Below are positions 21,060 through 30,286 of a stretch of DNA of 64,000 nucleotides, piece by piece. Source of the stretch: a virus. The notes below the pieces were generated by a model. The model was not told where the DNA came from. It did not search any database and was given only the letters and a program-made list of their open reading frames with translations. Position numbers and translations under genes: made by a program. The stretch's first letter is position 1. Every line of letters starts with the position of its first letter. The DNA lies in IMG/VR virus record IMGVR_UViG_3300042309_001835, positions 1 to 64,000 of that record. One strand, written 5' to 3'.

Positions 21060-22003
21060 TGCTCAACCTATTTGACATTCCAAAAGCTCAAACAGGTTAC
21101 TTGAGCGCTTTTCCGGGTTCTTCTTACACTACCAACGAGAACTGGCTGACTTGGGAGAAACCTGCCGGGATTAGCATGATTCACATCATGTGCATTGGCC
21201 CTGGTGGTGGTGGTAGCAGTGGATTTCCAAGCGCTACCAATACCGCCAGGGGAGGAGGCGGTGGTGGTGGAAGTGGCAGCGTTTCAACCACGCTAATTCC
21301 GGCCGCACTATTGCCTGATATTTTGTACGTTCAGCCTGGAGCTGGAGGAAGAGGAGGCGCGTCTTCAACAACTACCAGTAATGCTGGAGTAAATGGCTCG
21401 AACAGTATTGTCTCCATAGCTCCCATCAATACGGCTTTTTACAACGTTTGTGTCGGGAATAACGGAAGTCCGGGTGGCGCAGCAAGTGCAACAGTTGTCG
21501 GCGGCGGCGGCAGCGCGGGCAGCGCTATTACGGTAGCTGGTAGTTGCCGCATGGCCTCGCTAGGAATTTTTACTAGCTTCGCTGGACAGAATGGTGCTGC
21601 AGGCGGCGCAGTTGCTAACGGAGCAGGTGCCTCAATTACCTATCCCACAACCGGGATACTTTTATCTGGCGGTGCTGGAGGAGGTGGGGGTTCAACTGGC
21701 GCGGGCGGCGCTATCGCAGCGCCCTCCCTTCAATTTGATACTTTAATCCTTTTCACAGCATTATCAGGAGGCGCCGCTGGCGCAACCGCGGGCAACGGCT
21801 CTCCTGGGCACCGGCGACATACTCCCCTGCTGTCTTGTGGTGGAAGTGGCGGCGGCTCCAATAGCGGCAATGCGCTCGGCGGTCACGGCGGCACCGGCGG
21901 GCCTGGCTCCGGCGGTGGCGGTGGCGGCGCTGGTGGAACAACAGGCGGCGGTGGCGCGGGCGGCAACGGCGGCCCCGGCCTAGTGCTGATTCACTCGTGG
22001 TAA
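21059..22003 (+). CDS. glycine-rich fibre tip protein
   Basis: W.KP.G...GGGGGG...GGNGGPGLVLI glycine-rich domain. Confidence 0.75.
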   Translation: MLNLFDIPKAQTGYLSAFPGSSYTTNENWLTWEKPAGISMIHIMCIGPGGGGSSGFPSATNTARGGGGGGGSGSVSTTLIPAALLPDILYVQPGAGGRGGASSTTTSNAGVNGSNSIVSIAPINTAFYNVCVGNNGSPGGAASATVVGGGGSAGSAITVAGSCRMASLGIFTSFAGQNGAAGGAVANGAGASITYPTTGILLSGGAGGGGGSTGAGGAIAAPSLQFDTLILFTALSGGAAGATAGNGSPGHRRHTPLLSCGGSGGGSNSGNALGGHGGTGGPGSGGGGGGAGGTTGGGGAGGNGGPGLVLIHSW

Positions 22004-22094
22004 GCCGGAAAGCCTGATGCAAAAACTGCGGTGACAGCCAGTTACCGCAGTATAGTCGCCATCCGCTACACTGTAACCAGATTCAGACCAGCGC

Positions 22095-23702
22095 ATGCGC
22101 TTACATTTGGTCGGCATATTCCACACCAAGCATAAAGCATCATTTAGCCACTGCGCCTTTACCGGTAAAGCGCTGCGCTTTCCCAAGATGATGCAAAAAT
22201 ATGGTCATCATGTCATTGAATACAGCAACGAAGGCAGTGAAAGCACGGCGGACGAACACGTGCAAATACTGAATGCCAGTGAGTTTGATGCACTGTATGG
22301 ATCACGCAAGTCAACTGACTTTTATGGCGACGATGCCACTATAGGAAGCGCTGGACATACTGCTTTTGAATCTCGCCTGGTTGATGAACTCAGGGAACGC
22401 ATTCAACCTCAGGACATCGTGTGTCATCCGTTTGGCCACGCCCACCAGCGCCTGATGGAAGAATTCCCCGATAACCAACATGTAGAAACCGGTATTGGAT
22501 ATCCGACGCTGATGCCATCCAGCTTCAGGATATTTGAAAGCTATGCCTGGATGCACTACCATCAGGGCAAGGAAAACAGAAATGGTCGCAACTATGAATG
22601 GGTTGTACCAAATTACTACGACTTGGATGATTGGGATCCGAACTACGAGCCTGGTCAATACTACGCGTTCTTGGGACGTATCACCAGCCTGAAGGGCATG
22701 GATACGTTGCGTGCCATGGCTGACTACCTGAGGTATCCAATCGTCCTGCACGGCCAAGGGAGCCCAGACAAGTGGGCTCATCCCAACATCGAATACAAAG
22801 GCCCCCTGAGTGGTCGTGCCCGCAGTAACTTCTTGGGTGGTGCCAGGGCGCTGCTTGCACCAACGGTATTTACTGAGCCATTTTGTGGCATGGCCGTTGA
22901 GGCAATGTTGTGTGGGACGCCTGTCATCTCAGTGGATTACGGGGCGATGACGGAAACCGTGCAGCCGGGGATGGGTTTCCGTTGTCACACCCTGCAGGAC
23001 TGGTTGGAAGCAGCCGATGCGGTTGGCGACCTGGACAGGAAGTTTATCGCCGATACCGCCCGTGCCAAATACAGCCTGGAAGCGTGTGGTGCCAAATACG
23101 ACAAAATCTTCAGGCAAATAAATGATCTGTATCGTAAGGGATGGTACGAAGTAAGTTATTTCAACTATACGGAAATCGAAACAGAAGAAAAGCCCTTTGC
23201 TGATCGCCTGGCGGCATGGATAAAAGAAAACATCGGTCCAGTCCATTGCCTGGATATTGGATGCGGTCCAGGGACGTATGTTCGCTCACTTCGTAATCTC
23301 GGATTGGAAGCCGTTGGTATTGATATCGATGAACGCGTCGACAGCATACCGCATCTGTATCGACGTAGCATGTTTGACAGCAAGGCGACGGCAGAATTGG
23401 TGCTATGTCTTGAGGTCGCCGAACATATTGACAAGGAACTATCAGCAGAGGTTGCTCGCTCTGTATGTGATAGCGTCAGGAAGCCAGGGATCTTGATATG
23501 GTCTGCGGCCCACCCAGGTCAAGGCGGCGTCGGACACATTAACTGTCAACCAAAGGAATTCTGGCAGGAACTGTTGGAAGTCAATGGTCTTGTCCGTGAC
23601 GAAGAACTTGAATCGGAAATGATCGAGGATTTATCGAATGGTTACCATATGGGATGGTTCGTTCAAAACGCAATGATTTTCAGGAATAACTCAACCCAGT
23701 AA
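22095..23702 (+). CDS. GT4-type glycosyltransferase fused to class I SAM methyltransferase
   Basis: FLGRI...KG, EPFCGMAVEAMLCGTPVI (GT-B); LDIGCGPG, CLEVAEH (MTase). Confidence 0.85.
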   Translation: MRLHLVGIFHTKHKASFSHCAFTGKALRFPKMMQKYGHHVIEYSNEGSESTADEHVQILNASEFDALYGSRKSTDFYGDDATIGSAGHTAFESRLVDELRERIQPQDIVCHPFGHAHQRLMEEFPDNQHVETGIGYPTLMPSSFRIFESYAWMHYHQGKENRNGRNYEWVVPNYYDLDDWDPNYEPGQYYAFLGRITSLKGMDTLRAMADYLRYPIVLHGQGSPDKWAHPNIEYKGPLSGRARSNFLGGARALLAPTVFTEPFCGMAVEAMLCGTPVISVDYGAMTETVQPGMGFRCHTLQDWLEAADAVGDLDRKFIADTARAKYSLEACGAKYDKIFRQINDLYRKGWYEVSYFNYTEIETEEKPFADRLAAWIKENIGPVHCLDIGCGPGTYVRSLRNLGLEAVGIDIDERVDSIPHLYRRSMFDSKATAELVLCLEVAEHIDKELSAEVARSVCDSVRKPGILIWSAAHPGQGGVGHINCQPKEFWQELLEVNGLVRDEELESEMIEDLSNGYHMGWFVQNAMIFRNNSTQ

Positions 23703-23785
23703 AATACAGGAAGAATATATACAGAATAGCGCCATTACCACTACGAGGCGGATTCTACTTAACACCTACCATCAGGAGAATTAAA

Positions 23786-24145
23786 GTGGCTCAACGCTCT
23801 ACCGGTGTCTTCCCCAGGGAAAAGTTTGACCTGGATTCCGCAATGGAAGTGCAGTGGGATAACACCACGCAGTCGCCGATCCCCCTGAACAGCGTTAACA
23901 CCTGGAGGATTATTGTCCTCGGGGCAGACGGTCTTGGAGAAGGCGGTGAAGGCGGCTACATCCGCGTCAGCACTGGCGGCAAGCAAACGGTCTTTTATGG
24001 TGAAGACATCGACGCCAATGGTGTCGGAATTGCTCACGTTCGTGGGTCCAGCATCGAAGATGGCCAAAACGGAACATCGTGGGACTATTACAACGGAGCT
24101 TCCGCAGAGGCGGTTTACCTGGATGCTGTCGACAACGTCGGCTGA
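23786..24145 (+). CDS. small virion protein paralog 1 (putative capsid decoration)
   Basis: Shares termini with 24236-24586; own late motif and SD. Confidence 0.6.
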   Translation: MAQRSTGVFPREKFDLDSAMEVQWDNTTQSPIPLNSVNTWRIIVLGADGLGEGGEGGYIRVSTGGKQTVFYGEDIDANGVGIAHVRGSSIEDGQNGTSWDYYNGASAEAVYLDAVDNVG

Positions 24146-24235
24146 ATAGGTACTCTAAATTAGGAATCGCGTCACTACTCCACGAGGCGGATTCTGTTTA
24201 CCTTCATTCCCTTTCTTTCTTTCTAGGAGATTATC

Positions 24236-24586
24236 ATGGCTCAACGTTCTACTGGTGTTTTTCCCCGCGAGAAGTTTGACCTGGATGCTGCCATGGCAGT
24301 GACCGCCACCCCGACCGCCGCAGGTCTCGACCTGAAGACCATCAAAACTATTCGCGTGGTGGTTATCGGTGCCGGTGGCATTGACAATGGTGGTACCAAC
24401 AAGATCACCGTCAACGTGGGTGGTGAGTCTGTTGTTTTCAACGCCAACGACCTGGATGTCAACGGCGTTGGCATCGCCCATATCCGTGGTTCGCTGTGCG
24501 ACGCTAACAACAACGTTGACTACGATCTCGGTGGCACCGCAACCCTGGTTGCCTGCTACATCGACGCCGTGGACAACGTCGGCTGA
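24236..24586 (+). CDS. small virion protein paralog 2 (putative capsid decoration)
   Basis: MAQRSTGVFPREKFDLD...DAVDNVG; MCP-like codon bias; terminator follows. Confidence 0.6.
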   Translation: MAQRSTGVFPREKFDLDAAMAVTATPTAAGLDLKTIKTIRVVVIGAGGIDNGGTNKITVNVGGESVVFNANDLDVNGVGIAHIRGSLCDANNNVDYDLGGTATLVACYIDAVDNVG

Positions 24587-24603
24587 TAATGCCGTTGCGG
24601 ATG

Positions 24604-24626
24604 GCGCCCCTCCGGGGGCGCTTTTT
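24604..24626 (+). terminator. intrinsic terminator
   Basis: GCGCCCC-TCCG-GGGGCGC-TTTTT. Confidence 0.8.
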
Positions 24627-24696
24627 AATGCAATCAGATCACTCAGGCCAGGTAACTCGTGAGCCTAGGAATAATACTAGTGTTCGTGCTACGGTC

Positions 24697-25059
24697 ATGC
24701 ATCTTAACAATCGGCCTGTCTATTTTGTGAAAGGCTCTCGCCGCAAGGCGGCATATTATACGGTGCATATGCGCGAACTGATCGCCGATGGATGGACACA
24801 GGAGCAGGAAATCTCCTCGCAACCAGAAGCTCTAGCACCGGAGCATGTCGCCAGCACGGTGCCCGAATCGCTCGAAGAAGCTATCCCATTTGAATCAACC
24901 GAGGAAGAGCTAATCGAAGAGGAGGAACAGGTCAAGGGGATTGATCAAATGACAAAAGCAGAGCTGATTGTCTTTGCTCAAAGCAAGGGCGTCGAATTCA
25001 AGCAGTATGCAACAAAGTCTGACATCATCGAGGCCTGCCTGGCGGCACAAAATGGTTGA
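24697..25059 (+). CDS. protein with C-terminal Rho-N/HeH-like domain
   Basis: DQMTKAELIVFAQSKGV...TKSDIIEA; start re-assigned to ATG 24697. Confidence 0.55.
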   Translation: MHLNNRPVYFVKGSRRKAAYYTVHMRELIADGWTQEQEISSQPEALAPEHVASTVPESLEEAIPFESTEEELIEEEEQVKGIDQMTKAELIVFAQSKGVEFKQYATKSDIIEACLAAQNG

Positions 25060-25237
25060 GTTCACCCACAGTGAAGGCCCCAGAATCCTGGAAGACGGCA
25101 CGAATCTGGACAAGGACATTATTTCTGCTGTGCCGCGAATTCAACATCGCAGCATTACTGATCCTGTTGGTGACGGTAGTCTGGGCGATCCGGGGTATCA
25201 GCCAGGACAAAGAAACCTTGATGGTTCTGAACTGTAA
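25052..25237 (+). CDS. hypothetical protein
   Basis: MVEFTHSEGPR..., overlaps the upstream stop. Confidence 0.5.
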   Translation: MVEFTHSEGPRILEDGTNLDKDIISAVPRIQHRSITDPVGDGSLGDPGYQPGQRNLDGSEL

Positions 25238-25285
25238 GTTGCGGAATCTTCAGGAACACTAGTAAAAGATTTTGCTGCTGTCGCC

Positions 25286-25381
25286 ATGGCATTACCGTTG
25301 GCTATTGCTAAACAGTTCAACGGTAAGAAGCCGATGAAGAAAGGCGGCAAAGCAAAACCAAAAGGATCGGGTAAACGCTAA
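25286..25381 (+). CDS. 31-aa basic peptide (not in ORF track)
   Basis: MALPLAIAKQFNGKKPMKKGGKAKPKGSGKR; late motif upstream; TAATG coupling. Confidence 0.55.
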   Translation: MALPLAIAKQFNGKKPMKKGGKAKPKGSGKR

Positions 25382-25677
25382 TGGCTGCCAAGAAACGCAG
25401 TACCGCTGATTTTTACGCCAACAACCCAGAGGCGTATAAAAAGAAGCTGGCGTATGATAAGAAGCGTAACGCCAAGCCCGATCGCAAGGAGTATCGCGCC
25501 GAGCTGGCACGTGAACGCCGCGCACGCGGCATCATGGGCAAAGGAGGGCCTGACGTCAGCCATACCACCGATGGCAAGTTCAAGCTGGAGAACCCCAAGA
25601 CAAACCGCGCCAGAAACGGACACGGTGACAACAAGCGCCTTGCGCCTGGCAAGGGTACCAAGAAATCAAAACGCTGA
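25381..25677 (+). CDS. basic HNH-like protein
   Basis: GPDVSH...ENPKTNRARNG. Confidence 0.6.
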   Translation: MAAKKRSTADFYANNPEAYKKKLAYDKKRNAKPDRKEYRAELARERRARGIMGKGGPDVSHTTDGKFKLENPKTNRARNGHGDNKRLAPGKGTKKSKR

Positions 25678-25685
25678 GGTCTGTT

Positions 25686-25850
25686 ATGGCAAAGCCCCGT
25701 GGACTGTATGAGAACATCCGCCGCAAGCGGGATCGAATTGAAAACGGAAGCGACGAAAAAATGAGGCGTCCCGGCAGCAAAGGTGCCCCCAGTGCTGCTG
25801 ATTTTCGCGCTGCAGCAAAGACATCACAGAAAAAGAAGAAGAAAACTTAG
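25686..25850 (+). CDS. 54-aa basic protein (not in ORF track)
   Basis: MAKPRGLYENIRRKRDRI...MRRPGSKGAPSAADF. Confidence 0.65.
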   Translation: MAKPRGLYENIRRKRDRIENGSDEKMRRPGSKGAPSAADFRAAAKTSQKKKKKT

Positions 25851-25885
25851 TAACTGGCAAACTAATAACGGAATTGGGTGGCAGC

Positions 25886-26074
25886 ATGACTGGAATCATC
25901 GCTTTTATCGTGACCAACGGCCCCGAGATCCTCGGTGTACTATTTGCTGTTCACGCGGCGGCCCTGGCAATCGTAAACCTCACGCCAACGCCGAAAGACA
26001 ATGATGTGGTGGCTAAATACTACCGCATCCTTGAGATCTTGGCTGGTATTGTTACGCGCCTGTCAAAGGACTGA
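25886..26074 (+). CDS. putative holin
   Basis: Hydrophobic, IVNLTPTPKDN motif, in lysis cassette. Confidence 0.65.
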   Translation: MTGIIAFIVTNGPEILGVLFAVHAAALAIVNLTPTPKDNDVVAKYYRILEILAGIVTRLSKD

Positions 26075-26367
26075 GCCGATCGGATGAACGTTGGCTGCTG
26101 CGCTTTTCTACACGCAGCGAACGGGAGGAAGCCGAGCGTCTGATTGAAAAAGCTGTATTTTACAAAACACTTAGCTCACGCATGGCGGCGGAAATCGCCC
26201 GCGTAAAGGCTGAGATGGAGCAGAATGAGCCAGCAGAAAAGCCAACAATAATTGAACATGAAATCGATAAGAGCATACAGACGGGTGACCCCGCATTGCT
26301 GGGTGGCGCCATCAGTATTCATGCTCATTATAGGAAGACTGATATTATGGTCGACCCATGGCAATGA
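26071..26367 (+). CDS. hypothetical lysis-cassette protein (start uncertain: CTG 26071 or ATG 26182)
   Basis: Frame open from 26035. Confidence 0.45.
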   Translation: MSRSDERWLLRFSTRSEREEAERLIEKAVFYKTLSSRMAAEIARVKAEMEQNEPAEKPTIIEHEIDKSIQTGDPALLGGAISIHAHYRKTDIMVDPWQ

Positions 26368-26654
26368 ACCCTCAGGAACCATCGGTATCTCATATTGAGA
26401 TATATCACAAACTGGGAACGCTTGAGGGTAAGCTAGATGCGCTGATTACCAGGACAACTGAATACCGTAACGACCTGCAAACTGCATTCGAAAGGCTGAC
26501 GAAAGTAGAAAACCGCATGGCGTGGGCAATGGGTGCGGCAGTCGTCATAAGTACACTTGTACCGATACTGATAAATATAATCAGCAGCGGCTTCCACATG
26601 AGATTTGAACAAAAAGACCTGCCGCCAAAGGCATCCATAATCAACAGGATTTAA
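26364..26654 (+). CDS. coiled-coil plus TM membrane protein (XhlA/holin-like)
   Basis: Coiled coil followed by WAMGAAVVISTLVPILI. Confidence 0.55.
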   Translation: MNPQEPSVSHIEIYHKLGTLEGKLDALITRTTEYRNDLQTAFERLTKVENRMAWAMGAAVVISTLVPILINIISSGFHMRFEQKDLPPKASIINRI

Positions 26655-26682
26655 GGTAAACTATCCCGCAAGATAGTTAAGC

Positions 26683-27822
26683 ATGACTTACACAACCTGG
26701 GGTGAAGTTGCTAGACTTGCTGGTATAGCTGGCGCTAAATACCCCGAACTTGTTGCGGCTCAGTGGGCCCTGGAAAGCAATTGGGGCAAAACCATGAGTG
26801 GCAAGAATAATCCATTTGGGCTAAAGGGCAAGGGTCAGTCTGTCGAGACCACCGAATTTATCGATAACAAAGAAATCAAGCTAGTTGATGAGTTTGCTGA
26901 TTTTGATGATCTATCAGAGGCGATCAAATACTTAGTGGACAGGTGGTACAAAGATTTCCGTGGCTACAAAGGCGTGAATAATGCAGAAGACCTCAAGGGC
27001 GCTGCAAAGATGCTTGCATCCGAAGGCTATGCCACTGATCCCAAGTATGCAAACAAGTTGATCGAAATAATCAACAAGAATAGCGCCCCCGTGGAAGCTC
27101 CCACGCAATCTAGTCAGACGATTTCCCTGTCGGAGGCTGCCAAGTGGGATACGGGGCTGCCGCATCAGAGGAAGGCATGGCAGAACCTGCAAGCTACGCT
27201 GACAAAGGGGCAATTGCTCACTTTTGCCAAGGAGTTCCGTCAGGCATCAGTCACTCAGAAGCCGATTGAGGGTAAAAAGCAACCAGCCAATGTTCCATAT
27301 TTCTATCAGCGCGACAGCAAAACTGGACATGGCGAAAGGTCGTGCCAGTCGTCAGCTATTGCAATGGTGATCAAGTACTTGAATCCAAAGCTGATTACTG
27401 ATGACGACAACTATCTGCGGCTTGTGCTTAGGTATGGTGACACGGTATCCCAATCAGCACATCAAAAGGCACTAGACAACCTTGGGCTGAAACACAGCTT
27501 TCGCATGAACGGCTCAGAAAAGGACCTTATTCGTATTCTGGATTCAGGTTATCCAGTTCCGATTGGAATATTGCACAAGGGATCAATCGCGGATCCAACT
27601 GGTGGCGGACATTGGGTTACCGTTACTTCTTATGACGATAAATACTTCTATGTAAATGATCCATTCGGTGAACTGGATTTAATCAATGGTGGATACCTGC
27701 TGGCTGGACCAACTGATGGCAAGCAACAGAAGTATACCCGCAAAAACTTGATGAAACGTTGGTTAATCAGCAACGACTCTGACGGTTGGTATTGGGATTT
27801 AAGCGAGAACAAAAGACAATGA
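26683..27822 (+). CDS. endolysin: glucosaminidase plus C39-like peptidase
   Basis: AQWALESNWG...NPFGLKG...GYATDPKY; C-terminal SCQSS...GGGHW...VNDPFG. Confidence 0.85.
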   Translation: MTYTTWGEVARLAGIAGAKYPELVAAQWALESNWGKTMSGKNNPFGLKGKGQSVETTEFIDNKEIKLVDEFADFDDLSEAIKYLVDRWYKDFRGYKGVNNAEDLKGAAKMLASEGYATDPKYANKLIEIINKNSAPVEAPTQSSQTISLSEAAKWDTGLPHQRKAWQNLQATLTKGQLLTFAKEFRQASVTQKPIEGKKQPANVPYFYQRDSKTGHGERSCQSSAIAMVIKYLNPKLITDDDNYLRLVLRYGDTVSQSAHQKALDNLGLKHSFRMNGSEKDLIRILDSGYPVPIGILHKGSIADPTGGGHWVTVTSYDDKYFYVNDPFGELDLINGGYLLAGPTDGKQQKYTRKNLMKRWLISNDSDGWYWDLSENKRQ

Positions 27823-28082
27823 AATCGCAGTTCATCTTGCCTTTCTTGCCTGGGTACATGTTCGACGGGTCGCGAGTCGTGTCGACCGGAACTGCGCTAC
27901 AGCCAACGCAACATATACACCCAGAAACAGGAGAACTGGTGTACTATGTCAGGCCAATCTTCAGGTGCGGTGGAACCTATGTTGGCATGTACATCCGCCA
28001 CGCTGGCATAGTAGGCTGGATAAACAGTCAGTCTTCCAGGTCTATTGAATCGTCTGATTCGGAGTCATTACCTGAAACATAA
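27819..28082 (+). CDS. hypothetical protein
   Basis: ATGA-coupled to the endolysin. Confidence 0.5.
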   Translation: MKSQFILPFLPGYMFDGSRVVSTGTALQPTQHIHPETGELVYYVRPIFRCGGTYVGMYIRHAGIVGWINSQSSRSIESSDSESLPET

Positions 28083-28519
28083 GACAGTCCTGGGATGGCT
28101 TCAACGAGATTTCTCATGTATTGATGAATACGAGTTTCATCCCAGTTGCACTCATTGTACAACCTGGAGCTTAGTTCGTTCAGCGCCATGGAATGGTTGC
28201 CGGTCCACGTTTTCCGCTCCAGGGCATCTTCCTTGACCCTGTTTACATTCATCAGTATTTCAAGCTCGGTATTGATGTCATACTGATCAATAACCAGCTC
28301 GGTATGACTTACTCTATCCCTGTCGATCAGCCATAGCGACATCTTGAATACATTTGCTATGGCCGCAAGGATACCGTTGCCGACAGCAGTTATCAACGAA
28401 GAAAAGGAATTTGCTATAAAATGAACCACTGAGATGAGTGAATTAAACAGCAATTCCAGGAGCTCAATCAGCTCTTCGCCGAAGTCACCGATTATGTCGT
28501 ACATGATGTTTTTCATCAC
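28028..28519 (-). CDS. hypothetical protein
   Basis: Coupled to the helicase stop. Confidence 0.6.
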   Translation of the reverse strand: MMKNIMYDIIGDFGEELIELLELLFNSLISVVHFIANSFSSLITAVGNGILAAIANVFKMSLWLIDRDRVSHTELVIDQYDINTELEILMNVNRVKEDALERKTWTGNHSMALNELSSRLYNECNWDETRIHQYMRNLVEAIPGLSYVSGNDSESDDSIDLED

Positions 28520-30285
28520 TTGAACCGCGAGCTTTTGAACACGTTAACATGTTGCATAGTGTCGTCTGCCTTCAGACTGGCGGTGTGATAATCCAACTGA
28601 ATGACTGACATTTGGACAAATCCTTGTACTGTCGTGATTTGTTCTTGTGGCGGCGATCCCTCCCAGAACGCCTGTCGGCCGCGTACCTTAGAATGCCAAA
28701 GCTCAAGCTTTTGATCTGACGGTTCTCCTTCTACCTGGCGTTGCTTCCGAACAAGCCATACAGCGTGGGAGACATGGGACAGGGCGTCTGTACCCCTGAT
28801 CTGATCAAGCTCGGGTGGCTTTGGCTGGGACTTCATGTCTTCCTGTTCCCTCTTGATTCCAACGGTGTTCATCTGCGCCAGTACGAACAGATCAATGTCC
28901 AGCTCCTTGGCTGCGGTCATCAGTCGATAGGCTCGTTCTTCAAGCATGGCAGCGCCATCCCTGGCTGCTTTGTTATGGCGTGACAGTACGTGGAAGTGGT
29001 CCAGCACGACGGCCCTGAGTTCCGGCTTGCGGGCCTTCATGGATCTCATCGAGTTCACCACCGTGTCCACGCAAGCACCCCAGGGGGCTTCAATAATCAA
29101 CTCTCCATTGCAATTCTGCAGTTCACAGGCCAATGTAACCAACAGGTTGGCGATCTGTTCCTTATCTTCGGGATTTGGTACCTGAAGCTCACCGATGCTC
29201 ACGTAGCCAAGACCAGTACCTGATGACCGCCAGTGATAACCGTGCTTTCCAAGTAATTTGCGGCTAAGTGACGACAGCAATCTGGCTTCGATTTGGGTAT
29301 AATCAAGCTCGGCTGATATGAAGCCAACAGTTAACCCTTTACTGCACAAAGCAGTTGCTATCTGGCAGCCAATTTGTGTTTTACCAATACTGGTTCTGGC
29401 GGCCAGGGTAAACAGCCTGCCTCCGCATGGCTTGTTGGGTTTTGCATACTCAACGCCACCCTCTATGTCAAGGTCGATTGCATCTATGCCAGTAGATGCG
29501 GGTCTGGCCAACTGAGAAAATGCAGAGACACGATCGATCCAGTTTTGACGCTGCCCTCCGGGATCACCGATAATCACATCCAACAGGCCAACTGCCTGCC
29601 CTTGGTTGCCAATGCTGCCACGCATCATGCCGACACCTTCCATGGCACGTTGCTGCAGGTACTCAAGCGCCTCCTCGAGCTTTGTATCCGCCTTTATGTT
29701 TTGCTTTGCTGCATGCAATGTTTCTAGGTACAAGGCTCTGACGCGCACTTGCTTCAACACGTCAAGAGCCGTATGCCACTCCGACTTGGCATCACCATAG
29801 CAATTGATCAATTCTGGATCAGCTAATTGGGTTATGGTCTGGTTGAAGTCCATGATCGACACCGATCTTGAGGCGTCGTTCAGGTTTGTGTAACTTGCAA
29901 TCAGCGATTCTCTGGATATCAATTGGTTGGATCGCTGGCCAGTAAAAGTCAAGTCTATTTCTTTCGCAATTGCCTTGAAGCAATCATCCGACCACAGTGA
30001 TATAGGCACCAGTTGACCGTGCCCCATGCCAAATCCTGTTCTCAACTCACCCCAAAGTTCTCTTGCCAGGCCAGACGGTGACGACAGAGTGCGACTTAGC
30101 ACAACTGCTTCCTGTGTCAGCGTGTCTTCCCTTTCCTGTGTACTAGTTGGCTGCAGCTTATCGACTATGCGTGCTACATCCATAGCCGATGTAACAGCTT
30201 TTGTCATGCAGCTTATTATTTTGCCGCCATCTGTTTGAAGCAGGCCAAGGTCAACGGCCTTTTGCAGGTAATAGGGCAGTGTCAT
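28516..30285 (-). CDS. dnaB: DnaB-like replicative helicase
   Basis: Walker A AARTSIGKT, FISAEL, VVLDHFH, LAQMN, IRGTDAL. Confidence 0.85.
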   Translation of the reverse strand: MTLPYYLQKAVDLGLLQTDGGKIISCMTKAVTSAMDVARIVDKLQPTSTQEREDTLTQEAVVLSRTLSSPSGLARELWGELRTGFGMGHGQLVPISLWSDDCFKAIAKEIDLTFTGQRSNQLISRESLIASYTNLNDASRSVSIMDFNQTITQLADPELINCYGDAKSEWHTALDVLKQVRVRALYLETLHAAKQNIKADTKLEEALEYLQQRAMEGVGMMRGSIGNQGQAVGLLDVIIGDPGGQRQNWIDRVSAFSQLARPASTGIDAIDLDIEGGVEYAKPNKPCGGRLFTLAARTSIGKTQIGCQIATALCSKGLTVGFISAELDYTQIEARLLSSLSRKLLGKHGYHWRSSGTGLGYVSIGELQVPNPEDKEQIANLLVTLACELQNCNGELIIEAPWGACVDTVVNSMRSMKARKPELRAVVLDHFHVLSRHNKAARDGAAMLEERAYRLMTAAKELDIDLFVLAQMNTVGIKREQEDMKSQPKPPELDQIRGTDALSHVSHAVWLVRKQRQVEGEPSDQKLELWHSKVRGRQAFWEGSPPQEQITTVQGFVQMSVIQLDYHTASLKADDTMQHVNVFKSSRFK

Positions 30286-30286
30286 G

